A DNA stretch of 63,581 nt, filler included, from Stramenopiles sp. TOSAG23-3 (Eukaryota): the NCBI GenBank assembly GCA_900128585.1. It is 25 parts of 25 records of this genome, joined end to end, with 100 filler letters (N's around TTAATTAATTAA, not from the genome) between each part and the next. Parts side by side here need not be neighbours in the genome. Positions count along the whole stretch, not along the records: positions 10,257 to 12,716 come from LT644797.1; positions 12,817 to 15,275 come from LT644798.1; positions 15,376 to 17,832 come from LT644799.1; positions 17,933 to 20,386 come from LT644800.1; positions 20,487 to 22,939 come from LT644801.1; positions 23,040 to 25,491 come from LT644802.1; 19 more parts are not named here. One strand, written 5' to 3'. Shown here piece after piece: positions 11,580 through 23,044 of this stretch (position 1 is the first letter of the stretch; every line of letters starts with the position of its first letter). The notes under the pieces are model-generated. The model was not told where the DNA came from. It was given only the letters and a program-made list of their open reading frames with translations, and searched no databases. Position numbers and translations under genes: made by a program.

Positions 11580-12716
11580 TTGGACGCGTGGACCCTCCTT
11601 ACAATAATCGGAACACTAAAAAAACAACACTTAAAGAGGACCACCACGCAATACAAAAAAGAGGTCGACGACCTCGACGACTTGCTCATTGCGACATACA
11701 TTATGGCATTCGAAGGCACTACAAAAAGAGCACAAGAAAACATAGCATTAATAAAAAACGCAACCAAGGAAAAAACAACCGGAGGCATATATATGCTCAT
11801 ACACCCAAAAACCCGTCACAGATATATCGGACAGACAGAGAACCTGAACCGAAGGAAAAGAGAACACTGGACAGGACTAAAAAATGCGATACACAACAAA
11901 CCAAACGAGATGAAAAAATTATATACGACGATGAACAAACAACCAGAATCAGGAATGTGGATATTCATAGTATTACGATACGAAGAACGAAACCATGTAC
12001 ATCAAGAAAGGTATAAAAATAAAGTAGAAAGACTTAAGCAAGAAAGACACTATATCTCAAAACACCGACCAACCCTAAACTACCTAGAACGATACACAAA
12101 TAACGACAGGTCAAGGGACATCGGAAAGAAACAAAAACGATTTCATAGGAGAACAGGAACACCAAAGACACAACCGCGAACAACGAGAACACAGAGAAAC
12201 CGGGAAAACGTTAGCAAAAACCAGTTCACAACCTTTGAAGTAAAAAAGACGAAACGACGATACACCATGCTCAACAGCACAACGAGCTTATACCCAAAAC
12301 ACGAAAAATATAAGATCACAATCAGAAAAGGAACAAGGGATCTAACAAATTATCGTAGCGACCATACCAAATGTATCAGAAAAATTAAAAAAATCGTCAG
12401 AAACATGAAAATAGGGGAAAAGAAAACCATAAAAATGTCACCACGACAAGACATGGAAGAATACCCAGAAAAAATAAAAAAACTGTTAAGAATAGAACAC
12501 ACCGAACTCTGGCAACAAACGACAAAAACACTGGAACAAATCTGGCGACATCGAAAACAAAGATGGCAACAAGATAAAGAAAACACAGAAGTTAGAGAAA
12601 AAGAGACGAAGAAAGAACTCAAAAAAATACTAAGAACACGATATGGAGTCAGCCCAGGAGACACACAATATATTGGCATACCGTATAACCCATCTGAGCG
12701 ACAACAACGAACGATG
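11580..12716 (+). CDS. ORF2, GIY-YIG endonuclease-containing protein, 3'-truncated
   Basis: GGIYMLIHPKTRHRYIGQTENLNRRKREH...RLKQERHYISKHRPTLN contains the GIY, YIG, R, E and N catalytic pattern; first in-frame ATG is at 11703. Confidence 0.88.
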
Positions 12717-12816
12717 NNNNNNNNNNNNNNNNNNNNNNNNNNNNNNNNNNNNNNNNNNNNTTAATTAATTAANNNNNNNNNNNNNNNNNNNNNNNNNNNN
12801 NNNNNNNNNNNNNNNN

Positions 12817-13075
12817 AGAAGAAGAAGACGAAGAAGGAAGAAGAAGAAGAAGAAGAAGAAGAAGAAGAAGAAGGAAGAAGAAGAAGTAGAAGAAGAAAGA
12901 AGAAGAAGAAGAAGAAGAATGAAGAAAGAAGGAAGAAGAAAGAAGAAAGAAGAAAGAAGAAAGAAGAAGAAGAAAGAAGAAGAAAGAAGAAGAAAGAAGA
13001 AGAAAGAAGAAGAAAGAAGAAAGAAAAAGAAGAAAGAAGAAGAAAGAAGAAGAAAGAAGAAAGAACAAGAAGAAA
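12817..13075 (+). repeat. (GAA)n / (AAGAAGAAAG)n microsatellite
   Basis: Visible tandem purine repeats at the contig start. Confidence 0.95.
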
Positions 13076-13685
13076 GACAAACTAAAAATATAATTTAAAA
13101 AATGATATAAAATATATACCTCTTTTACATACACATAGCATAGCATATGTTTCCTTATTTTGGCATAATTATTATTTATTTCGTATCAATCCAACCATCA
13201 AATCAAATATCGCCAAACAACCACAAAAAGAAAATTCAATGCTGTGTATATCTATAAGCGAAAACATCATCGTATTCTTTGAAACTTTTGTTTTTGTTGT
13301 TTTGTAGTAAATGATTAGTCTAGTTATTTTAATTTTTCCCTTTTTCATTGGTAGACTAAGTGTTATAATGTACTACAAATTATGTACTATTATAACCCTA
13401 ATCATAACATCAATATTTCGTTAAATATAAAGTGCTTTTATTTTATCACAAATTTATTAGAAAGCCAAGATATTCAAACAAATGCAAGGAAGTGAGAAAT
13501 GCACATTTTCATCTAAATTCCTTTGTGTGTGAAAGACCAAGATGAGACTTCATCACGATTAGAGAAAGGTTGAACGCGGGCAAGACAGAGGGTGGCCAAT
13601 ACGAAGCTGGATGAAAGACCGAGCACAAACAACACTCTGGACGCTGAGCAGATAAGGCTGGTGAGTCAGATTAAGTAAAAACAAC

Positions 13686-14901
13686 ATGTCTTTTGAACAC
13701 AAGTATATTGAATTATTTAGTGAGCTTGACCTTAGGGCAAAGGTGGCCACCCTAAAAATTGACTTTGACATTGCTGTGGCAAAGAGTATAACAGCTGGGG
13801 GTGGAGATCAACAGTGTTGGTCCCTGCTGTTCAGTGGAAAGCAACGGGACGGTAGTACACCAGCCATCATTTTACGCATATCTTCTATACTTTCAGCAAT
13901 CGCTTTACGCTCCTGTTCAATTTCAACATGGTCGCTACGTGGAGGCATTTTTTTATTGTTTTCTTCCTTTTCAACTTCAGGAGCAGGCATTTTTTTATCG
14001 TCGTCTTCCTTTTCAACTTCAGGTTTGCTTACAGGAGCAGCAGGCTATCACTACCATTTACAATACTTATTGGATGGTCTAAATGACGTTCAACCGTTAT
14101 ACAATCAATTCAAAAGCGGATTGGATAGCGTTGCGTTAGCCAAAAGAAAACAAATTGAAGACGATATTGAAGCTCTTGAAAAACAAAAAGAAGATGTCAA
14201 AAATCAAATGAAAACTCTAAATCTTGCTAATCCGGAAATGTTGAGTGGGTTAATTGAAATCACCTCAGCTGGATGGGATGACAAAATTGCCGTATTAGAA
14301 AAAGAACTGAAAAAATACTGGACGAAGGACGAAAAAGACGAAGCAAAAAAAAAAACGAAATGAAGCAGGGGCAACTCCATCTGCCAACCTTCGCACAAAT
14401 TCAAAAAAGCCAAAAGTAAGCACTGGAAAACAAAAACAAAGGCAACATCTTCTTAACAGAACGAAAAGTTTTATCAAGAAAAGGAAAAAGAACCGAGGAT
14501 TTGCTCTGGATCGCGCGGCAGGTCGCGCATTTTGTCATCAAGGTCTTTCTCCGGCTGTAGCAAGACTTAAACTGGGTTTCGGGTTTCTCTGCAAAGCACT
14601 TCTTGCATATTCTATGCCCCTCCTTCGCAGTCCGCTTGGCTGCCTTCTCTTTGTGTTTTCTCCTATATTTCTTGGCCGAGTCGCGGCACCGTTGACATAC
14701 TTTATACCCCCCTGTAAAAATGAAGCTAAATGGAGTAGATTTTTAAGCCGATTTGATAACAACGAAGATGATACCAGCTGGTTTGAAACTACCAAACGTG
14801 GAAAACTTGTGACAGACGATGATGTAACGATTACACTTGATGAAAAGATGAAATCGGTGTTGACCAACACATACGGACTTACTCTCCCACACAACAATTA
14901 A
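13686..14901. pseudogene. Mosaic of coding-like fragments on alternating strands, including a minus-strand CxxC zinc-finger fragment
   Basis: Plus frames change at A11 (14345-14355); minus 14045-13850 reads PEVEKE..KKMP twice; minus 14718-14494 reads CQRC...CKKC...CATC. Confidence 0.45.
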
Positions 14902-15375
14902 ATAATTTTTACTTCACGTAAAAATCATTACAAAAAAGTTGAAATCAAAACTAGTTTTAAAACTTATTATTATCACTATATTTATCGTACTCCCAGAATA
15001 TCAAACATTTCATAAGCTTTTTCTTTTTGAAAATTGGTAATACCTGTTTTAGTTTTTAATAGTAAGGGGACACCATGTGTTCTTACCTGGTATCCTAATT
15101 CACCGTAGTAACCGGCGGAGTGTAGGCTCTACTCCGGCCGTTCGTCGCATTCTCCTTCAAGTGATGCTCGGAAACGATATCCGAGACAGGCACGGCGTGA
15201 AACTTACCCAAGCTGCTCTGTAAGGGGGCTCCTTGGCGCAGAGGGTCAGTGCGGCGCTGAGGGCCCACATCTGCTNNNNNNNNNNNNNNNNNNNNNNNNN
15301 NNNNNNNNNNNNNNNNNNNTTAATTAATTAANNNNNNNNNNNNNNNNNNNNNNNNNNNNNNNNNNNNNNNNNNNN

Positions 15376-17286
15376 GGCGTAGGAAGAGAAACGGGACGCT
15401 TCGCATGGGCTGCAGGTTTTATCGCTGATGCTCGTCCCGTTGCTCGTGATGTATGTGCCCGTGGCACACTTCGTCCAGCCCGCGCAGAAGTTGGCGTTGG
15501 TGCGCGAGGAGAATTTTCCCGCTTCGCAGGGCATGCAAGTCCGGTCGCTCGTTGCAGTTCCGTTCGCTGAGATAACGCTTCCCGCCACACAATCTACCAT
15601 ACGTGTGCAGGCGTGCGAGTTGGCGTAGGAAGAGAAATGGGACGCTTCGCATGGGCTGCAGGTTTTATCGCTGATGCTCGTCGCATTGCTCGCTATGTGT
15701 GTGCCTGCAGTACAGTTAGGGCTCGTCCAGCCCGCGCAGAAGTTGGCGTTGGTGCGCGAGGAGAATTTTCCCGCTTCGCAGGGCGTGCAAGTCCGGTCGC
15801 TCGTCGCAGTTCCGTTCGCTGAGACAAAGCTTCCTGCGCTGCAGTTGCGCCACTTCGAGCAGGCAGCGGCGTTTTCGAGCGAAGTGAAAGTCCCGGCCCC
15901 GCATGCCGAGCACGACCTGTCGTTCGATGAAGTCTCACTAACCGCGACGAAGGTTCCGGCCGTGCAGTTGCGCCACTGTGAGCAGGCTCCTTCGTTGGGC
16001 CCCATCGAAAAGGTATGCGGCCCACACGAAGAACACGTGCGGTCGGAAGTAGAGGACCCTGCTGCGCTCACAAAGGTCCCGCCGCCGCAGACCGCCCAAG
16101 GGATGCATTTGGCATTGGGGGGTAGAATGGATTCCGATACGCTACTACTTCTCATATAGTTTTCACTCGGGCACGAAGTGGTGGTATCCTGGCAAAGCGT
16201 CCCGTGCAACGTGTTGGTTCTCGCGGAGCACGATCCCGTAAAGGGTGCTACTGTGCATGGGTTGGAAGCGCAGCTCGTTGGACTTACGAATTTGTCTGTG
16301 CCCCCACTGGGATACTCGTATCCATAGAAGGGGTGCGATCCTCTAACATCCGTAAAATTGGTGTTGACAATTGCGATGGATGGAGTACCCCAACTATGTA
16401 TGTGTGTAAAGATGTTATGCCCTTGTTTCGCAGTTGATCCTGTCGTTGCTTCGTTTCGTATAAACGTACATTCTCTAATATTTGCAGTTACTTGCCCATT
16501 GAAATAAAGTCCACCCCCCCCATCGCCACCATATGTCCCTCCACCTGTTTGTGTATTGGATTGTAGGATGACAGATTGAAGGTGAAGTTGAGCAGAACCA
16601 GAAGAGGAATCACCAATGACATAAATACCACCTCCTCTATCCTTTGCAGTGTTATTTCGCAACGAACTATCAAATGAAGAATAATGTGAACCAGACGACA
16701 GGAAGAGAGCACCACCGTCATCCCCTGCCGTATTCATGGCATAAATTGAAGAATGATCGACTAGCTTTGCATTCTTTAAATATACGGCCCCACCGTATTC
16801 ATCTCCATTATTCTCATTGAAAACAACAAAAGAAAAGAACAGATTAGGTTGTCCCTGAGTAGCAGAAATAGCACCACCCCATCCAGCACGATTATTAAAA
16901 ATGGCACAATGGGATATGTTCAAATGGGCAGCTACGCTTTGAACACGAATGGAACCACCATAGTTGCCGGGCCAATTATTACCACTGACGTCCCCACCGG
17001 TCAGCCGTAACCACTTCATCGACACCCTGTGCGCGCCACTCCCGATATAAAAATGCCTCTTTCCGCTCGCTGCCATCAGCGTAGAGTACGCCGTCTCTTT
17101 CCCCGTCACCGACAAGTCTCCGGAAACGGCAACTTCGTCTGACATCGTACAGTCCGTGCTTCGTTCAAACGTCCCACTCGTAGACGCACAATCCCATTCA
17201 CTTGCATCCGAAGGAAGGGCGCTGTGAAAGACAACAAAGATTACAAAAACAAATGAATGTATTTCATGCATATTCATTGAATTCAA
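15376..17286 (-). CDS. Secreted/surface protein with POMP-like beta-helix (GGAI/FxxN) and TNFR-like Cys-rich tandem repeats, 3'-truncated
   Basis: Hydrophobic signal peptide; GGSI, GGAI, GGAV, GGAL, GGGI, GGGL motifs with FxxN/NxA; repeated C..G.F....G...SDRTC..C..G.FS units. Confidence 0.85.
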
Positions 17287-17932
17287 TCTTGTCTTTCCTT
17301 CCTTCTTTTGTTTGTTTGTTTGTTTGTTTCTTAAATATAAAATACAATTTTATAAATTAGTTGTATATAATTATTTGTGAAGAAAGAAAAGAAGAAGAAA
17401 GAAAAAGAAACGAATACTTCAAATAATTAATAATAATTCATATAGTGGTGTCTAATAAAATAATAATATTATTATTAATTTAATAATAAATAATATAATA
17501 GTCTATTAAACCATGGTACGGTAATAAAAAAATTTAATAAATTCAAGCAGCAACAACAAAGCAAAGCAAATAAGAAAAAAAAAGGGCTGGGCTTGGGCGG
17601 GGAGGGGGGGTATATCCTCTTCCTTCTGGATAGGTTTTTCTTTAATTAGACTACATAATTTCTACTGTATTATTGGAATTATTCCTTTTTCCTTTTGTAC
17701 TTGGATATGTATTTAAAATTTATACTCCTCGTATTGGTTCTATTTCTTTTTTTCTTTGTGCTCCGCTCCTTTGGGTGGCTAAGCACCACCCAATAGATTC
17801 TCCTGACTATTGTTTTAATAATGTTTAATATANNNNNNNNNNNNNNNNNNNNNNNNNNNNNNNNNNNNNNNNNNNNTTAATTAATTAANNNNNNNNNNNN
17901 NNNNNNNNNNNNNNNNNNNNNNNNNNNNNNNN

Positions 17933-17963
17933 CTTATAAATAACAGCCAATTTTCTTGTTTTT
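17933..17963 (-). promoter_or_regulatory. 3'-end motif A copy
   Basis: Reverse complement of AAAAACAAGAAAATTGGCTGTTATTTATAAG, ~160 nt after the stop at 18123. Confidence 0.65.
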
Positions 17964-18122
17964 ATTTAAGTTCTTTATTTATTGATGCTGCTTTGAATTT
18001 TGTTTTTAAAATTAAAACATATGTGCTTTTACTTGAGAGACGAGAGAGTTCTTTTTCTAAAATACTAGTGTTACTATTACCGTCAATTTATTTTTTGTTT
18101 TTTACACAGAACTGACTTTATA

Positions 18123-20386
18123 TTAATCAGCCCCTTCTTTTTTGGCTGCCGTGGTAGCACTATTATTTTCCAACGCGGCCTTTGCTTGGTCGACCATTTC
18201 CTCATGGTCAATACCACTTTCTCCGAGTGCAGCTTTTAAATCTTCAAAAGTCATTGACTCAAGCCTTTCATCCCTTTGATTGGACTCGGGGACATTTTCT
18301 TCTATTGTTTCAGGGCCTTTCTCTTTCTGCTGGCCGTCTTCTTCGTCGGAATCATCGTGCGTAACAAAAATGAGTCGATGTTTTCTCTCTTCCTCTTTCA
18401 CGTACTCTTCAACGGCCGGTTCGTAGCTCAGCAATTTAATGACGAGCTGCATTTTGGTAGCCAAGTGCAATGGGCGTAAATTCTTTGCGTTTTTTTGCGC
18501 TAACATGGCAGCTGTATTCTCTCCCGCGTTGGCCAAAAATGAAGTAGTCATCACATAGTAGCCGTGACGAACTGCTGAATGAATAGGCAAGTCTCCGTGG
18601 GTGTCTGCAACCATTGGGTTTGCGCCCGCGTCCAAGAGCATGCTTACAATTTTCCCACTTCCGCAGCTGACTGCTTCATACAGTGCCGTGTGGCCAAGGA
18701 CACACCGCTGGTCCAGAGGTTTGTCTTTCTGCTCCAAAAGAAATTTCGTGGCTACTTCGTTCCCAAAACGACATGATATGTGCAGTAACGTCTCTCCAAA
18801 CTTGTTCACATCGTCTAGCTTCATGCCTTTCTTTTTGGCAACGTTCCACAGTGCCTCAATTTTCGGCCTTGAAGATGGAAACCGGCAGGCGGTCCAAATC
18901 GTGGAAAACTCTTCCTCTGCAAGTGCCGACCAAGCTTCCAGCATTTTCGTAAACTTTTGTTTCGAAACTTGTATAGCTTCCAAACCGCTTCGCCTTCTTT
19001 TCTTAAAAACTTCTGCTTCCTCTTTGTATTTTATGGTCGCAGCGTCGTACTTTACTCGGAGGACGTCGCATTGTTCCTTCCACTTTTCCGCCTCCACCGC
19101 TTTGACCCTGTCCCGCTCCATTTGCCTTTGTTTCCTTTGAAGGGTTCTCTGCAACCGAGACTTCTCTCCTTTGAGTCGGGCAGCCTCGAGTGCGGCCTCT
19201 TTGTCTTTCCTCTGCCGTTCTTGGGCTGCCAGCCGGTTTCTCTCGTGCATTTCTTTCTTCGCTTTTTTCTTGGCAATGCGTTTGTCGCGGGCCTCCTGGC
19301 GAGATTTTGCCTGGGCTTCCTTTTTTGCCGCAGCTTCGGCGGCTTTGGCAGCTTGGGCCTCCTGCTTTTGACGCTCTTTTTCTTCTTTGCGCTTTTTTCG
19401 TAGTTCCGTTTTTCGTTTTGCTTCCCGGGTTGCTTCTTCAAACATTGCCGCTTCCTCCCCTTGCAGTTCGCCCATCCTGGTTTGGAGCTCTTCGCGCTTA
19501 AGTCGATTTTCTTCTGCTTTTTTCTCCTTTTCCAATCGGACGGCTTCGGCAGCTTCTTCTGCAGCGCGCTCTTCCTGTTCCTTTTGCGCTTGCTCAGCTG
19601 GAGACAGGGGTTTTTCCCAGCTAACTTCTGCCGTTTCAATGTGGTAATAATATGTATCCCCCGTGTTAGGATCTGTTGTGGGCATCCACTTCTCCCATTC
19701 CTCGAGCTCTTTCTCTTTCTTCTTCGGCGCTGGTTCTTTGATCCCCAACCTTTTTCTTTCTGCCTTACGACGGCCTGCATTGCCCCGAAAAATGCATTGT
19801 ATTTTCAATACGATTTTCAAAAAATCGTCTTCAACTGCTAGTATATAATCACTCGGTTGAACCCACTGGACGTCCCCCGTTTCTTGGTTCCAATAATAAA
19901 AATCTTCCGCGCTGCTATCGTATATTTCGACCCATTGCTTTCCACTTTCGCTCTGATTTTCTTTTGCTTTGTAGTATTCTTTTCGCACGTCTTCCAACTT
20001 TTTCGAAAAATTTTGCCGTTTCTTGTCGCTCAGGAATAGATCCTTTATGTTCTTGCCGTCGTCTTTCGCCAAACTTCTTGCAACTTTTCGCGTCTTCAAA
20101 GTCGTTGCTTTTTTTGATTTATTTTCCTTGTGAACGTCTGCCACCTCTGCGGGTTTCTCCCAAGTCACTTCTCCAGACCAGATATTTACATAATAATCGT
20201 ACCCACTATCTTTATCGTGCTCTGTAACCCAGCCATTAATTGCGTCCTTTTGATCGTGCATCCCTTGTTTTTGGCGCATGACACGCCTTGCTTGTTTTGC
20301 ACGGTACGCATTTTGAATGGTTAGCGCGGCCTTCACTTCTGGGTTCATCGTCAAGTGCGCCGCCAACGCTTTTTTTGGCGGCTCAA
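18123..20386 (-). CDS. IQ + 3x WW + coiled-coil + ankyrin-repeat protein, 5'-truncated
   Basis: IQNAYRAKQAR and IQCIFRGNAGR; three W...YY....GEV.W.KP-type WW units; GETLLHISC, GHTALYEAV, GDLPIHSAV ankyrins. Confidence 0.9.
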
Positions 20387-20486
20387 NNNNNNNNNNNNNN
20401 NNNNNNNNNNNNNNNNNNNNNNNNNNNNNNTTAATTAATTAANNNNNNNNNNNNNNNNNNNNNNNNNNNNNNNNNNNNNNNNNNNN

Positions 20487-20565
20487 CCACTATCCCCCTC
20501 TTCATTGTCGCCATCGTCCTCCTCACTATCCTTCTCGTCACCCTCACTTTCTTCTTCTGTCTCCC
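20487..20565. repeat. 79-bp exact inverted copy of the contig end (22861-22939), probable chimera/assembly artefact
   Basis: Exact reverse complement for 79 nt, then one mismatch and 7 more matching nt. Confidence 0.9.
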
Positions 20566-22067
20566 GGTCCTCGATTGCCTTCATTGCCGTTAGAACTACG
20601 TTGGAGAAAGGATACTTTTCCTCCGCGGGGTTTGACCGAAGGAGCGATGGGGCTTCTTTGTGTATGGTATCAAAATTGTGGAGACGAGAGTTTCCAAAAC
20701 ATTGCTTTCAGGTCATTGACAATGAAGACGCTCTTTCCCACGCCAGGCAATCATTAGGCGCCATTGCGAACCCTGCGGTGAACATTCAGAGCCCGCAGAT
20801 GTTCTGGCTACAGTGTTTTGATTTTAGTCCATGCTACCGATGGTTTTCCGACGATCATTTAAAACCGATCATCTTCAACTGCCCGAATGTAATTTCCTTG
20901 AATTTAGCCCAGTGCACCAAGGTCTCTGCGGGAACTTTGCACGTCGCCTTCCTTCACATGCTAAAATTAGAAGCTGTAGACTTGAGATGCTGCCGGTTAA
21001 CAAATGACCTTTTGAAGCACCTTGGCTACCAGTGTGCTCGATTGAAGTCCATTAACATTGGGGGGTGTGGGTACTCCAAAGATTCGGCAATTTTGGTGAT
21101 GGCAAAGTACTGCAAAAGCATCGAAGAGGTTCGTGTCTCTGGCTGCGAATCGCTGACCCATCAGAGCCTTGCGGCATTCTGCACTAGGAAACGGAGTATA
21201 AAAGAGCTCGATGTAAGTTGGTGTAAATATTTGGTGGGGGAAAAAACGTTCCACATGGTAGGAAAGACGATGCGGGATTTGGTTGGCCTTACAACTTCCC
21301 ACACGTGCGTTAACGATCAAGCGCTGATTTATCTAAGAAAGTGCGTCCTCCTAGAGTCGATTGACCTATCCTTTTGTACCCAGATTACAGACGAGCGAAT
21401 GGCTGTCTATTTCGAGCATTTGGTACATTTGAAAGAAATTAATCTATCGGGGTGCGAAAACGTAGGCGATGCCACGTTAAAAATTATAGCCCAGGCCTGC
21501 CCCTTGGTAAGAACACTGAATTTAAAATTAGTCACACTTTTGACGGACGAATCGGTAATGGCGTTGGCGAAAAGCAAGTGTGCCAAAATATTAGAAGTTT
21601 TAATTTTGGACCATTGCAGCGCGGTGTCTGGGGAATCAATTAAAGCATTGGCAAACCGTTGCAATATTCTCCGCTCCCTGAGCCTCAGCTGCCTCGACAA
21701 AGTAACCGACGACTCCATCATTTGCCTGAGCAGTCGCATGAAAAAACTAGAGACGCTGGATCTGCAGTGCTGTTCCAGCATCACCAATGCCGCATTAATC
21801 TCTGTATCATGGAACAGCACAGACAACAACCAAATTGCAACGGCTGGACTTGCACATTGCGGCGATCAGTTGAAGTTTGTGAACGTATCGAGGACAAAAT
21901 GCACAAAAGACGCTGTGAAAGCATTTTCTAGACTAAACCCAAAATGCCATGTAGAGTTTTACACTGCAACGCATGAGGGCAGAGGAAAATCAATTTTGAA
22001 TCGACGGTTGACAGAGACGAAATCTGTCATCCAGATATATAAGAAACACTCATTATCATCGCCATGA
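20566..22067 (+). CDS. F-box/LRR-repeat (FBXL-like) protein, true 5' end lost
   Basis: SLCMVSKLWR F-box tail; many Cys-containing LRRs (LxxLxLxxCxxITD). Confidence 0.88.
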
Positions 22068-22667
22068 TCGAGAGTCACAACCATATGCAAAAAATGTGAG
22101 AGACATCTTGGAACATTCAATCGGTGTAAATGTGTAAAATATAATATTATATTATAGCGAAGAATAAATATAGGAAATACTATAAGTAGTCTACGCCATA
22201 TTTATTTGACAGACAGATGATAAGTGTAAATAATTGGGAATCTAATTAGACTAATTAATAAGAGCACAGTATGGTTCTATTTTTATAATTGTTCGTTTCA
22301 TTATTTTATAGTCAGTCTTCCAGTATATACGGTACTCTCCAATAAAAAACAAGAACACAATGTATACTTGTTGTACACATCTCTCATTGTTATTATTTAT
22401 TTATTATTATTTATTATTAATTTTATTATTTAAAAAATAAGAAGAAGAGTTCATTCACATAATTATTTATGATGTATTAATAGCTCAACGATGTGTACGC
22501 AACAATCGATCGAACCAAACGATCAAACGAAAGAAAAAGATTTTTTAAAATTGTTCAGGAAAATGTTACATTCGGTTGTGAGTGTAATTTCATTCATACT
22601 TTGAGGCTGATTTATTGGTTTCAATTCACCATTTAAAGCCCTGTAGATAAGAGTGGATCACAAAAAA

Positions 22668-22939
22668 ATGTCAAAGAGCTCTGCAAAAGTTGTGCCCGAG
22701 AGCAAAGAGGACACGGGGTCTAGCAACCCAGCGAAAACACCAACACCACCCGAAACAACCCTCCTAGAAAACACAGGAGAAAAGAACGCAAACAAAGAAA
22801 CAACGGGTAGGGAAAACAAAGAAACAATGGTTGGAGAAAGCAAAAAAGTAGCCGAGGACGGGGAGACAGAAGAAGAAAGTGAGGGTGACGAGAAGGATAG
22901 TGAGGAGGACGATGGCGACAATGAAGAGGGGGATAGTGG
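22668..22939 (+). CDS. N-terminal fragment of an acidic low-complexity protein
   Basis: ATG at 22668 after AT-rich spacer DNA; frame open to the contig end. Confidence 0.6.
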
Positions 22940-23044
22940 NNNNNNNNNNNNNNNNNNNNNNNNNNNNNNNNNNNNNNNNNNNNTTAATTAATTAANNNNN
23001 NNNNNNNNNNNNNNNNNNNNNNNNNNNNNNNNNNNNNNNAAAGT

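Larger units (their letters stand above)
10257..12716 (+). mobile_element. Putative GIY-YIG-encoding element (possibly Penelope-like with N-terminal endonuclease), truncated
   Basis: Extreme A-rich, T-poor plus strand across the whole contig; ORF1 followed by a GIY-YIG ORF2; no RT visible in the contig. Confidence 0.55.

Noticed and set aside
15141-15180. Hammerhead ribozyme-like TCGTC...GTGATGCTCGGAAACGA
   Set aside because: The CUGANGA core is broken at two positions and no stem I forms
20487-22939. Contigs as TIR transposons or linear mini-chromosomes carrying host genes
   Set aside because: The identical 79-nt length in two unrelated contigs and truncation of genes at the junctions indicate an artefact
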